From positions 11,944 to 75,943 of the forward strand of contig JAUPTZ010000010.1 of assembly GCA_030917815.1 (NCBI GenBank): a stretch of 64,000 bases of DNA. Reading direction: 5' to 3'. Below, one piece after another: positions 9,672 to 18,805 of the stretch. The notes beneath the pieces are model-generated. The model ran no database searches. It worked only from the letters and a program-made list of their open reading frames with translations, and was not told the DNA's origin. Numbering within the stretch: position 1 is the stretch's first letter; each line of letters begins with the position of its first letter. The position numbers were made by a program, and so were the translations under genes. The DNA is from Candidatus Babelota bacterium. GTDB lineage: Bacteria; Babelota; Babeliae; Babelales; JAUPTZ01.

Positions 9672-11018
9672 ATGAAGTTATTCACTCACGTGATACTTGC
9701 CGTGTGTTTTTTCGGTGGTTCAAGTTGCCTTGGCATGGAAGTTGATCCTACGGTAGCCGGTACAGCTCCAGCCCCAACACCACTCCCAGTACCGCCTGTC
9801 GTCGGGCCATATATGCGTACCATGAAAATACTCACCGAAGCCACCGGCAAAGGGCAAGCCGATTTAATTAGGAAACAACTTAACGAAAAGGGGGAAGCGA
9901 TATTTAATGCTTTCGAAACCGCTCTGAGCTCAGGAGAATCCTACACGGCACGCGACATCTCCCATTCACTTTTTACCGGGAAGCTAGAAAGATACACTCC
10001 TGGAATCCCTTACGGAACCCTTGACTGGGAGCGAATCAGCACACTACAGGGAAATAACCGAAACCGGAGCTACTTTGCCGAAGCAGCCCCAGCCCATAAC
10101 GCTGCCAGAGATATACTTGTAAGTGCGCTAGAAAAGCCGGTCCTCAGCGGAGGCAGCGAAAAAATTGAGGCTTCAGATATAGCAGAAACGGATAATGCTA
10201 TGCTTATGCTTGAAAAAAAGAAGGACCCCTCCCACAAAAGAGAGCAGTATCTGACCAAAGGACTAGGCATCTTAAATGCTGCTGGCATTAATCTTGCCAG
10301 TGAAGACCTCGAACCAGCCGGTCGGCTTTTAGTCGCTGAATGTGGCTTTCTCGCAGAACATGGAAAAACGTTTACCGCTCAGGACATTATGCACTCGTTA
10401 CACAAGGGCAAATTAGCTAAGTATGAAACTACTGCTCGATATAAGCCAACAATCCCTACCCTTAAAGGGCTTGATAAGAAAAAAGATCCAGAATTCGAAG
10501 AACGATACCAAGAGCTAGCTAATGCATTCACCAAAGCGCTCACTCCACCTCCTACTCAACCAGACAAAAGCGATAAAAAACCAACCGGTACCATTCCGGC
10601 AGAAACGCAAACAGACCCTGCACTCCCCGTGGCCGTACCAAAGCCTCCTCGATCTGTCCTTACTCTAGATCTAAAAGTAGTCAATGAATCGATCCCGGCA
10701 GCACTGCCCTTCGATCCTAACGGTCTACCAACCGCAGCACCAGCATCGAGCATGAACAAAACACGTGCCGCCGGCATCCTGGTAGCCGCCCTAGGCGCCC
10801 TATGGACACTCAAAAAATTTCGTCGCCAAGAACGAGGATATGTGCGCAAATTCCTCCGGCGACTCACGTCACAGAAATATCGCGACGAGCTGTCTCGATC
10901 TCACACAGAACACTCGATGGAACTCTCTCTCATCGACAGCAATGGACATGAAGCACTTGCTGCCGCAAGCACAACACTGCTTGGCATCGTGCTTGCCGGC
11001 TATGGTCACTACAAATAA
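9672..11018 (+). CDS. Hypothetical exported protein, paralogue of 8237..9568, with an internally duplicated domain and C-terminal twin TM helices
   Basis: Signal peptide MKLFTHVILAVCFFGGSSCLG; repeated xTAxDIxHSLxxGKL motif; Pro-rich linker; two C-terminal hydrophobic segments. Confidence 0.8.
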   Translation: MKLFTHVILAVCFFGGSSCLGMEVDPTVAGTAPAPTPLPVPPVVGPYMRTMKILTEATGKGQADLIRKQLNEKGEAIFNAFETALSSGESYTARDISHSLFTGKLERYTPGIPYGTLDWERISTLQGNNRNRSYFAEAAPAHNAARDILVSALEKPVLSGGSEKIEASDIAETDNAMLMLEKKKDPSHKREQYLTKGLGILNAAGINLASEDLEPAGRLLVAECGFLAEHGKTFTAQDIMHSLHKGKLAKYETTARYKPTIPTLKGLDKKKDPEFEERYQELANAFTKALTPPPTQPDKSDKKPTGTIPAETQTDPALPVAVPKPPRSVLTLDLKVVNESIPAALPFDPNGLPTAAPASSMNKTRAAGILVAALGALWTLKKFRRQERGYVRKFLRRLTSQKYRDELSRSHTEHSMELSLIDSNGHEALAAASTTLLGIVLAGYGHYK

Positions 11019-11090
11019 ATCTTGACATCCCCGGCCGTTATGGCACGCTACTACGACTGCGGACCATTCTCACTCTGGAGATTCACTGCG

Positions 11091-12200
11091 TTGAATACAT
11101 TTTGGTACATAAGTATCGCGGCATTGGTATGCGCACTATTTACTCTCCTCATAGCTTACCGTGTTTGGTATCACGCCGCTGCCGCGCAGCAGGTGCAACG
11201 TAACAATCGAGCCATTACTCCCGCAATCACAACGACGTGGCCAATCACTATTACCGTCGGCATCTTAACACCTTTACCTAATGAAGCGGCCCATTACCTG
11301 GCTGAAGGGCTATCGGAACTCCTCTCTGTCAGCAGCCGCACTCGATACATTATCGCCCCGTTGCCAGGCGACAACACACGCGTCACTTTATTTGAACAAG
11401 CTCAACACGCCGGAAGCACCTGCGACATCTTAGTCACCTTCGGTGTAACGTGCGCTAACATTGCGGCCGAAGCTGCCGAATTTTTGCAACACATTCCGGT
11501 CATCAAAGCCGGGCTGCGCAACGAACAAATAACCCGCTTATTACCCCATGAATTCAACACCATTATTCTGACAACTGAATATGATTATCAACAACAAGTA
11601 GCCCTTTTCCAGAAGATAAAACCACTCGCCAAAGAGGTCTGCATTCTCTATCGCCTCCATAATGAACACATTCGTGAAGAGGTTCTGGCTCTAAGCAACG
11701 CGCTACAGGAAGCCCATCTAAAGACGCATGCACATGTCCTGGCGCACAACACGCATATTGATAATCAGCTCAGTGCATTTTCAACCTCATACGACACACT
11801 TTTTCTTATGCCTCATACGGTAACGGCCACAAATGTGCAAGAGCTCGTTACGTATTGCACCACAAAAAAAATAACCCTGTGCGCCCAAGAATTAGATGTT
11901 GTAACGCTCGGCGCTGCACTTGGATTTGGAAAATCGGAAAAAGAATTAGGTGCTCATATTGGACACCTCATTCGCAATTTATGCGAGGGAAAGAAAAAGT
12001 ACCCTACCGGTACGATCATGACACACTATCCGAATTATCATTGCGTTATTAACAAGAAAAAATGTTATGCACAAGGGATCGAACTCAGCCCCGAATATAT
12101 AACAATGCTTGAGCAAGTTCATATTGTTAACCATCAACGAACTCCCTACCCACAATATCGCCATGATCAATCCCCCCCTGCCGCCAACCGAAATGTTTGA
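11091..12200 (+). CDS. ABC transporter substrate-binding protein-like (ABC_sub_bind type), N-terminally anchored
   Basis: N-terminal TM helix; DILVTFG, KIKPLAKEVCILY, GAALGFG and VINKKxxxxQGIEL resemble the PF04392 family. Start TTG 11091 after GGAG (track extends to 11022, which coincides with a TTGACA box). Confidence 0.65.
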   Translation: MNTFWYISIAALVCALFTLLIAYRVWYHAAAAQQVQRNNRAITPAITTTWPITITVGILTPLPNEAAHYLAEGLSELLSVSSRTRYIIAPLPGDNTRVTLFEQAQHAGSTCDILVTFGVTCANIAAEAAEFLQHIPVIKAGLRNEQITRLLPHEFNTIILTTEYDYQQQVALFQKIKPLAKEVCILYRLHNEHIREEVLALSNALQEAHLKTHAHVLAHNTHIDNQLSAFSTSYDTLFLMPHTVTATNVQELVTYCTTKKITLCAQELDVVTLGAALGFGKSEKELGAHIGHLIRNLCEGKKKYPTGTIMTHYPNYHCVINKKKCYAQGIELSPEYITMLEQVHIVNHQRTPYPQYRHDQSPPAANRNV

Positions 12201-13149
12201 TGGAGCTGTTCGGCATGCCGGGCAGACACTCCTCACCGTCGCATTTTGCCTACATGCGCACAATGAATATCATGAACAATACATCGCACTTTTTTTACGC
12301 CTATGCACGCTTCGAGGACTCCACTGTAAAGCATTGCGCCTTTCACCACTCGACCTAGAAAGCAGTATCGAATCAATCAGTCATATACCCCTGGCTCTTA
12401 TTGTCTGCTTAGACAATCAATATGCGGCACTCATGTTATTAACACGCGCCAAATTACATATTAGTGCTCCGTTAGTATTCGTTGATTTAGATCTGCCAAA
12501 AGCACTTCCAATCCCACTCCCTGCAAAGTGTATATGCATTGCTACCGATCTCACCACGTTTGTCAGCGATATGTGCAGCCTCATTCCTACCATTCAAAGC
12601 ATACACACCGTCGGCATTCTCTATGACCAAACCGATCAAATTTTAACACCACTCCTACCAGAGATAGTCGCGTGGCTTGAAAAACGAGACTACGTGGCCA
12701 AAGCAATTGTACGGAAACCAACTATTACGAGTGCTGATGTACTGGTGTTTGGTTCCTGCGACATGCTCATATTCCTTAGCAGATCGGCCCCCGAAGATTA
12801 TCAGCAACGCCTTGCTACCGTATGCAAACAACAACACACGATGCTGTATGCAACAACCCCTTCAGCACTTTCCTACGGTGCATCGTTTGTATTTACCCCA
12901 AACATGCATCATATGGCCGATGAAGCGGTGAGTGTACTTTCCCGGTACTTAAGTACCAATACGGTTAGCCCAACGATTTACATCGGCTACCAATTACTCA
13001 TTAATAGTTATGAGGTAGCCAATAATAAACTACTCGCCGCATCACTGAATCTTTTCATGACATTATCACAAACAATAACAATAGCTACACCTACAACTCC
13101 GGAAAAAGTTTCGGCGTATTTACGGCTCGAACAGGTTCCTCTCGAATAA
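12109..13149 (+). CDS. Divergent ABC substrate-binding-like protein (second copy)
   Basis: IHTVGILYD, ALSYGASF, LLIN motifs parallel the upstream gene. True start probably 12163 or 12193. Confidence 0.5.
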   Translation: MSKFILLTINELPTHNIAMINPPLPPTEMFDGAVRHAGQTLLTVAFCLHAHNEYHEQYIALFLRLCTLRGLHCKALRLSPLDLESSIESISHIPLALIVCLDNQYAALMLLTRAKLHISAPLVFVDLDLPKALPIPLPAKCICIATDLTTFVSDMCSLIPTIQSIHTVGILYDQTDQILTPLLPEIVAWLEKRDYVAKAIVRKPTITSADVLVFGSCDMLIFLSRSAPEDYQQRLATVCKQQHTMLYATTPSALSYGASFVFTPNMHHMADEAVSVLSRYLSTNTVSPTIYIGYQLLINSYEVANNKLLAASLNLFMTLSQTITIATPTTPEKVSAYLRLEQVPLE

Positions 13150-13223
13150 ACCGTTGCAGAAATGAGTGCAAGCTAGAGATAGTATTTGGCACAATAAGTT
13201 TCTCAACGGATCAGGAGGTTTCC

Positions 13224-14207
13224 GTGCTCACCCCACGAACCATATTCATCATGCTGTATCTATCAACTATCACCGCTGCGTATGGCGATATTTTCATACT
13301 TCACGGCTCTTTTGGCAGCGATAGCCGCTGGTTTCGACCAAACGGAACGTTTTACGAAGCGGTCAAAAAACAGGCCGCGCCGCTAGGGCACGATATACAT
13401 CCATTTATCTGGTCTGGCGGTGTATCGCCACAAAGCATTATTGAAGGCGCCAAAAGTTTTATCGAGCGCATGCTGACACTCCCACCGAACACACCAATTA
13501 TCATCGAAGCACACAGTAACGGCGGCAATGTCGCCGCGTTCACCACTATGCTCTATGCCGCTTTGTATAAAGCACAAGCAACCGATGAAACCGAAGTGCC
13601 TGACATTATCAGAAGCCCTTTTTTAGAGAAAAAACTAACCAAAAATAGAACCTATATTTATGAAGTTGCACCAAAAGTAGAATCACTTTTGCAAGAAACT
13701 TTTACCGAACTCAAAGAGGCAATGAATACCAGCCACCGACTGCGACGCACGCTACCCGATTATCCAATCCAGCTACTCTGCTTAATGGGCACCCCGATCA
13801 ACACCGATAGGTTTGATATTAACATGCAAGTGGTACGGCAGGTAATTAACCTTTACTCACCGGCCGACTTCATCCAACCACTCGTCGGGGATCAGGTAGT
13901 GCCAATTCACGAGCGCCGAGCAAATATCCAAGTCAAGCTGCATGATGTGAATCTGGGCGCCGACCCTATTGATCCCTGCCACAAAAATATTCGCAATCAA
14001 ATAATTGGACAGTGGCTACTAGAACTACCAGACATCGCTGCATCAACAAAAGAAGATGCCGCTCCGTATTCTCTACAAAGCGGCATTGCTACATTTTACA
14101 GCGATCAACCACCGCTGTTTGTACAAACAGATGAAGCTAATCAGCCGGCATCCTCTGATGATTCCGATTCAGAAGAAGAGGACGACTCTTGGCCATTTGA
14201 TGCATGA
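13224..14207 (+). CDS. Exported alpha/beta-hydrolase fold protein (lipase/esterase-like)
   Basis: AGGAGG RBS; signal peptide; ILHGSFG, nucleophile elbow AHSNGG, LMGTP, NLYSPADFIQ. Confidence 0.75.
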   Translation: MLTPRTIFIMLYLSTITAAYGDIFILHGSFGSDSRWFRPNGTFYEAVKKQAAPLGHDIHPFIWSGGVSPQSIIEGAKSFIERMLTLPPNTPIIIEAHSNGGNVAAFTTMLYAALYKAQATDETEVPDIIRSPFLEKKLTKNRTYIYEVAPKVESLLQETFTELKEAMNTSHRLRRTLPDYPIQLLCLMGTPINTDRFDINMQVVRQVINLYSPADFIQPLVGDQVVPIHERRANIQVKLHDVNLGADPIDPCHKNIRNQIIGQWLLELPDIAASTKEDAAPYSLQSGIATFYSDQPPLFVQTDEANQPASSDDSDSEEEDDSWPFDA

Positions 14208-14746
14208 ACAGCCAATTCGGTATCGTTAGCCATCGAGTGTGGGTACAATAACTTTACTTGATCAAGAATACCATTAACGAAACGGTATGCATCCCGCTCA
14301 GCAAAAGCTTTTGCTAACTCTACTGCTTCATTAATAACAATCGAGGCTACTGCATCAGGCTGCTCAAATTCCCATAGCGCCATGTACAAAATCAACCGCG
14401 TACAGCAACCAAGGCGGTCAAATCGCCAGTGCTCCAACAATGGCTGAATAACTGTTTCATACCGAACATGGTTTTCAACAACTCCCTGCGCTATGTTCAA
14501 GGCAAAAGTATGATCACCAGGCTTCAATCCAAAACCGTCCAAAAACAATCGTGAAACATCTTCAAGCGACCCTTGATAATCGGAACGATCAAGAGCATAA
14601 ACATAATGAAACGCCAATGCACGCAGCTGACGACGTGTCACCGGTTGTACCGTAATAAGCTCGTCACAAGAATCATTCAGCGGTCCATCATTACAACGGC
14701 ACTGCTTACTGCGATCAAGTGTATTCTTTATATCGTCCACCGACAT
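14141..14746 (-). CDS. nusB: Transcription antitermination factor NusB
   Basis: RRQLRALAFHYVY, WRFDRL, IVINEAVELAKAF, FVNGILD. Confidence 0.93.
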   Translation of the reverse strand: MSVDDIKNTLDRSKQCRCNDGPLNDSCDELITVQPVTRRQLRALAFHYVYALDRSDYQGSLEDVSRLFLDGFGLKPGDHTFALNIAQGVVENHVRYETVIQPLLEHWRFDRLGCCTRLILYMALWEFEQPDAVASIVINEAVELAKAFAERDAYRFVNGILDQVKLLYPHSMANDTELAVHASNGQESSSSSESESSEDAG

Positions 14747-14765
14747 AGCACCCCCAGAATATCGA

Positions 14766-15323
14766 TTAAACGCGCTCTATATAGCTGCCATCACGAGTAT
14801 CAACTTTAATAGATTCACCCTCGTTAACGAATAACGGAACGTTAACAACTACACCGGTCTCCAGCGTTGCCGGCTTGCTACCACCTTGCGCAGTATTTCC
14901 CTTAACACCAGGCACGGTACTCGTAACGGTCAACACCATGAAATTTGGTGCCTCAATAGAAATCGGCTCACCTTTAAATTTAAGCATGGTATACACCGCA
15001 TCTTGCTTCAAGTAATCTTTTACTTGGTCGATCTGCTCTGCGCTAAAAGCAAGTTGTTCGTAAGACCCTTGGTCTAAGAAATTGTATTGATCATCGGCAT
15101 ACAGATACTGTACTTGTATAAGTTCAAGATCTGGTGCAGGAAATTTTTCGCCAGAGCGAAATGTTTCTTCTTGCAGGCGATTGGTAATGAGATTTTTCAT
15201 CTTGGTACGTACAAATGCACCGCCCTTGCCCGGCTTTACATGCTGGAATTCAACTACAAGCCATGGTTCATCATTCCAAAGAATCTTGGTTGAGCCACGA
15301 CGAAAATCGGAAGTTGCTATCAT
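14766..15323 (-). CDS. efp: Elongation factor P
   Basis: HVKPGKGGAFVRTK, PGVKGNTA, KPATLETG, VPLFVNEGE. Confidence 0.97.
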   Translation of the reverse strand: MIATSDFRRGSTKILWNDEPWLVVEFQHVKPGKGGAFVRTKMKNLITNRLQEETFRSGEKFPAPDLELIQVQYLYADDQYNFLDQGSYEQLAFSAEQIDQVKDYLKQDAVYTMLKFKGEPISIEAPNFMVLTVTSTVPGVKGNTAQGGSKPATLETGVVVNVPLFVNEGESIKVDTRDGSYIERV

Positions 15324-15429
15324 GTTGAGCTCTTTCGTATCATAAATGTATGAGACGCACTACACTAAGTGGTGCAAATGAGAGCGGTATCGTAACATAT
15401 CTTTTTATATTGCGAAAGGCAGAATATTC

Positions 15430-16683
15430 ATGAATACAAAAACCCTATCGGTCGCTAGCATTGCGCAGCTTCTGACCGCCGAACATACCCGTCATCAGAA
15501 CACTATTAACCTTATCGCCTCAGAAAATTATGCAACCGCAGAAACCAGAGCTCCTCTGGCAAGTATCGCCGGAACAAAGTACGCCGAAGGGTATCCTGGT
15601 CGACGCTATTACGCCGGCTGTGCCGTAGTAGATGAAATAGAACGAATCGCACAACAAGCCCTCCTCGACCTCTTTGTACCCAAGGAACTACAAGCAGAGT
15701 ATCATGCCAATGTACAGCCACACGCCGGTTCATCGGCAAATCTTGCTGTTTACAACGGATTACTCAAACCTGGCGATACTATTTTGAGCATGTCGCTAGC
15801 TCATGGCGGCCATCTCACCCATGGTCATGCGGTCAACCTTTCGGGCAAAACCTATGCCATTGTATCTTACGGCGTTGATCCGGACACCGGCCTGCTTAAT
15901 TACGATGAAATCGAGCGACTAGCCCAGCTTCATAAGCCAAAGCTCATCATAGCCGGCGCCACCGCCTACTCACGCACTATCGATTTTGCTCGCTTCGGCA
16001 CTATTGCTCGCTCGGCAAATGCTTTCTTGTTGGCCGATATCGCCCACATTGCCGGCCTCATCGCCGGTGGATGCCATCCAACACCGGTGGGGCATGCCGA
16101 TATTATCACGAGCACGACCCACAAAACATTGCGTGGCCCACGAGGCGCCTTCATTCTTTGTAAAAAAGACCTCGGTGGTAAAGTTGATTTGAGTATAATG
16201 CCTGGTACCCAAGGGGGTCCCTTTATGCATGCTATCGCGGCGCGCGCCGTTGCCTTTCTTCTTGCACAAGAACAATCATTCGGTGACTATGCCAAAACTG
16301 TCTGCAGCACCGCAGCAACATTGGCTCATGAGCTCCAATCTCGGGGCTATCACATAGTAAGTGGCGGCACCGACAATCATTTGTTCCTAGTCGATCTCTC
16401 AAAAACACCGGGGCTTGAAACACTAAGCGGCAAAGAAGCGGAACAGCTTCTTGAACAAGCCGGCATCGTACTTAATAGAAATGCTATTCCGGGAGATACA
16501 CGACCACCGCTCACCACGAGTGGCATCAGAATTGGTCTGGCCGCCATGGTAACGCGTGGCGCAAAACCGGCCGATATGGCACAGCTAGCAACATTTATAG
16601 ATACGGTACTAAGACGCAGAGAGACACCAACAACCGGCATTGATATTAGAGCATTTGCCCACCGGTTCACCGTGCCGGCGTAA
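15430..16683 (+). CDS. glyA: Serine hydroxymethyltransferase
   Basis: LIASEN, KYAEGYPGRRYYAG, HGGHLTHG, PLP-lysine motif STTHKTLRGPRG. Confidence 0.97.
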   Translation: MNTKTLSVASIAQLLTAEHTRHQNTINLIASENYATAETRAPLASIAGTKYAEGYPGRRYYAGCAVVDEIERIAQQALLDLFVPKELQAEYHANVQPHAGSSANLAVYNGLLKPGDTILSMSLAHGGHLTHGHAVNLSGKTYAIVSYGVDPDTGLLNYDEIERLAQLHKPKLIIAGATAYSRTIDFARFGTIARSANAFLLADIAHIAGLIAGGCHPTPVGHADIITSTTHKTLRGPRGAFILCKKDLGGKVDLSIMPGTQGGPFMHAIAARAVAFLLAQEQSFGDYAKTVCSTAATLAHELQSRGYHIVSGGTDNHLFLVDLSKTPGLETLSGKEAEQLLEQAGIVLNRNAIPGDTRPPLTTSGIRIGLAAMVTRGAKPADMAQLATFIDTVLRRRETPTTGIDIRAFAHRFTVPA

Positions 16684-16686
16684 TTA
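16635..16686. repeat. Left copy of a 52-bp direct repeat (glyA 3' end)
   Basis: CGGCATTGATATTAGAGCATTTGCCCACCGGTTCACCGTGCC-GGCGTAATTA; first 42 bp identical to 17900-17941. Confidence 0.95.
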
Positions 16687-17796
16687 TTGCTTGATAACCA
16701 ATAGCTCAAATTGAGATGCTAAACGATATCGCCGCGCTTTTTTAGAACTATCGGCAATCTCTAAAAATCGCTCCGCAACCCACTTTTTGCACTGGAGTGC
16801 GGCCGATCGCTGGGTATAGCCAAGAATCTGCGCTATCTGATCTGCCGAAATTGTCTCATGCGCCTCAAAGAGTTCGAGCACCTTTCGCTGCAGTGGTTTT
16901 AGCGAGCGTAATAATAAAGTGCGATCGCGAACCGAACGAGTCGGCATATCAGAGCGACGCTCACTAAATAATTGATCGACAACTCGCTCAAAGGCCTCAG
17001 CCATACCGGCAATAAAGTAGGAGATCCATCCGCTTATATCGGCTTCGGCACGCCCCATATAATAATTATGCGATGGCCCAACAGACAAAGCCTTGTAGTA
17101 ACTCGCAAGATCACGCGCATAATACTCTTCAAGCGAATAAATACCCTGAAGATCATAGCTATACGTATGAATAATAAAGGTCGTCAGCAATCGAGCAGTG
17201 CGCCCATTGCCGTCATAATACGGATGAATAGTAGCGAATTGATAATGCGCAATAGCGGCAAGTAGAGGACAGGGCAACTCTTTATTCTCATGAAGCCATT
17301 TCACGAGACCGGCCATGAGCAATGGCACATCTTTTGCCTCAGGTGGCATGTAGACGATGCCTTTAGTTGCTCCATCATAAATAACATTCTGACCATCTCG
17401 ATACAACGATGGCTTAAGGCCCTCTTTCCCACCACCAACCACTAACGCATGTGTCTGCTGAATCAGCTTCTCAGAGATGGTCACTCCTTGAGCAACCCAT
17501 CGCTCTACTTGGGCCAGCGCCACATAATATCCTTTTATTTCCTCTTCATCCCGCTCTCGACCCGGGAAATGCCCTTTGTGCTCAATAACTTTATCGATTT
17601 GCTCCAAAGATAACCGGTTCCCTTCGATAAGCGTAGAATAATGGACCGTCTGTAAACGGGCACTCTTCCGCAAGGAGGCAAAAACAGCCGGCGCCAACGG
17701 CGCATGGAAAGCCCTCCCCCTGCATGCTTCAATACGACCGATATCGCGCACCATCTCAGGTGAAATTGCATAAACCGGCTCAAACTTCGTTGCCAT
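16684..17796 (-). CDS. Fic family protein with C-terminal winged-helix/HTH domain
   Basis: STLIEGN, Fic motif HPYYDGNGRTAR, C-terminal ISADQIAQILGYTQRSA...RRYRL. ATG 17796 preceded by AAGGTG (track start 17805). Confidence 0.92.
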   Translation of the reverse strand: MATKFEPVYAISPEMVRDIGRIEACRGRAFHAPLAPAVFASLRKSARLQTVHYSTLIEGNRLSLEQIDKVIEHKGHFPGRERDEEEIKGYYVALAQVERWVAQGVTISEKLIQQTHALVVGGGKEGLKPSLYRDGQNVIYDGATKGIVYMPPEAKDVPLLMAGLVKWLHENKELPCPLLAAIAHYQFATIHPYYDGNGRTARLLTTFIIHTYSYDLQGIYSLEEYYARDLASYYKALSVGPSHNYYMGRAEADISGWISYFIAGMAEAFERVVDQLFSERRSDMPTRSVRDRTLLLRSLKPLQRKVLELFEAHETISADQIAQILGYTQRSAALQCKKWVAERFLEIADSSKKARRYRLASQFELLVIKQ

Positions 17797-17797
17797 A

Positions 17798-17852
17798 TTA
17801 ATCACACCTTCATCGCACTTTAATCACATTTTAAAAACACTTTAATCGCATT
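17798..17852. repeat. Five tandem 11-bp repeats (TTAATCRCAYT consensus), candidate operator
   Basis: ttaatcacacc/ttcatcgcact/ttaatcacatt/ttaaaaacact/ttaatcgcatt, lying between the fic promoter and start codon. Confidence 0.75.
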
Positions 17853-17857
17853 TTATC

Positions 17858-17886
17858 AGAATAAAGATAATGGGAAGGGCGGTCAA
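17858..17886 (-). promoter_or_regulatory. Putative sigma70 promoter of the fic gene
   Basis: TTGACC (17886-17881)-17 bp-TATTCT (17863-17858) on the minus strand. Confidence 0.6.
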
Positions 17887-17899
17887 GATCTTAGAGAAG

Positions 17900-17951
17900 C
17901 GGCATTGATATTAGAGCATTTGCCCACCGGTTCACCGTGCCTGCATAATTA
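17900..17951. repeat. Right copy of the 52-bp direct repeat (displaced glyA 3' end)
   Basis: Identical to 16635-16686 except two changes, both synonymous in the glyA frame (CCG GCG TAA vs CCT GCA TAA). Confidence 0.95.
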
Positions 17952-18785
17952 ACGCTCCCTACAGAGTCTAAATATCTGATTTGAAGTAGATTCATCAGAT
18001 AGAGCAGGATCAACGATTTTCCCAATCATTCTTTTAAAATCCTCAAGAGACTCAGGAATTGCGGCAGCATCACACACAATATAATTAACAAGACCCCATT
18101 TAGACGGGATGATATATTCTCGTGGAGCCTCAGTACTTTCAGGATTCGGTCCGTCATAATTGAAAGGTTTCTGCCATTGAGCCCGATAGCGCTGTGTCAC
18201 CATACCCTTTAAGTCATTGCTCATTGTGAAACATAAGAGCACTATACCGCATAACAGCATGCCGCCTGCAGCACTCAATATTGCTTTTTCATGGCTCATT
18301 CCTTCCTGCCACGCAACAGAATGGTTGAGAGAAGAGGAAATGACCACAGTGAGCTTCCACACGGCTAAGCCAACACTCACAAACACAAGAATCATACTTG
18401 CCAATGTTCTAGTGGAAACAGAGCCCACTATATCGGTAGAGGAAAAAAGCTCTTTCACACTTGAAAAGCTCTCATCACTCATTTGCCGACACAAACGATC
18501 ATGAATAAACCTAACCTCAGTTCCTAACCGATTCTGAACGGTGACTTTCAATAAGCACCGCCTACGACTTAATTCACGAAGCTTCATTACCAAATAATAA
18601 GCGGCACGGGCCGCATTTTGAGTATCAACAACGTGGGTATCATCGACATCAGCGATCGCGTCGCTATCGATAGGGATTAATACTAAGACATTTTGAGTAT
18701 CATCGGTATCATCTGCTGCAATGAGTGGGGAAAAAACAAACAAAAGAACACTGAACAAGCCCCACACTATTTTTTTCAATCCCAC
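17949..18785 (-). CDS. Hypothetical exported/membrane protein with two internal TM helices
   Basis: Signal peptide MGLKKIVWGLFSVLLFVFSPLIAA; two hydrophobic helices. Confidence 0.7.
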   Translation of the reverse strand: MGLKKIVWGLFSVLLFVFSPLIAADDTDDTQNVLVLIPIDSDAIADVDDTHVVDTQNAARAAYYLVMKLRELSRRRCLLKVTVQNRLGTEVRFIHDRLCRQMSDESFSSVKELFSSTDIVGSVSTRTLASMILVFVSVGLAVWKLTVVISSSLNHSVAWQEGMSHEKAILSAAGGMLLCGIVLLCFTMSNDLKGMVTQRYRAQWQKPFNYDGPNPESTEAPREYIIPSKWGLVNYIVCDAAAIPESLEDFKRMIGKIVDPALSDESTSNQIFRLCRER

Positions 18786-18805
18786 GGTAACCCCTCAATG
18801 GGAAT

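Larger units (their letters stand above)
16635..17951. mobile_element. Single-gene Fic islet bounded by duplicated glyA 3' end (att-like); no mobility gene
   Basis: 52-bp direct repeats flank exactly one gene plus its promoter. Confidence 0.6.
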
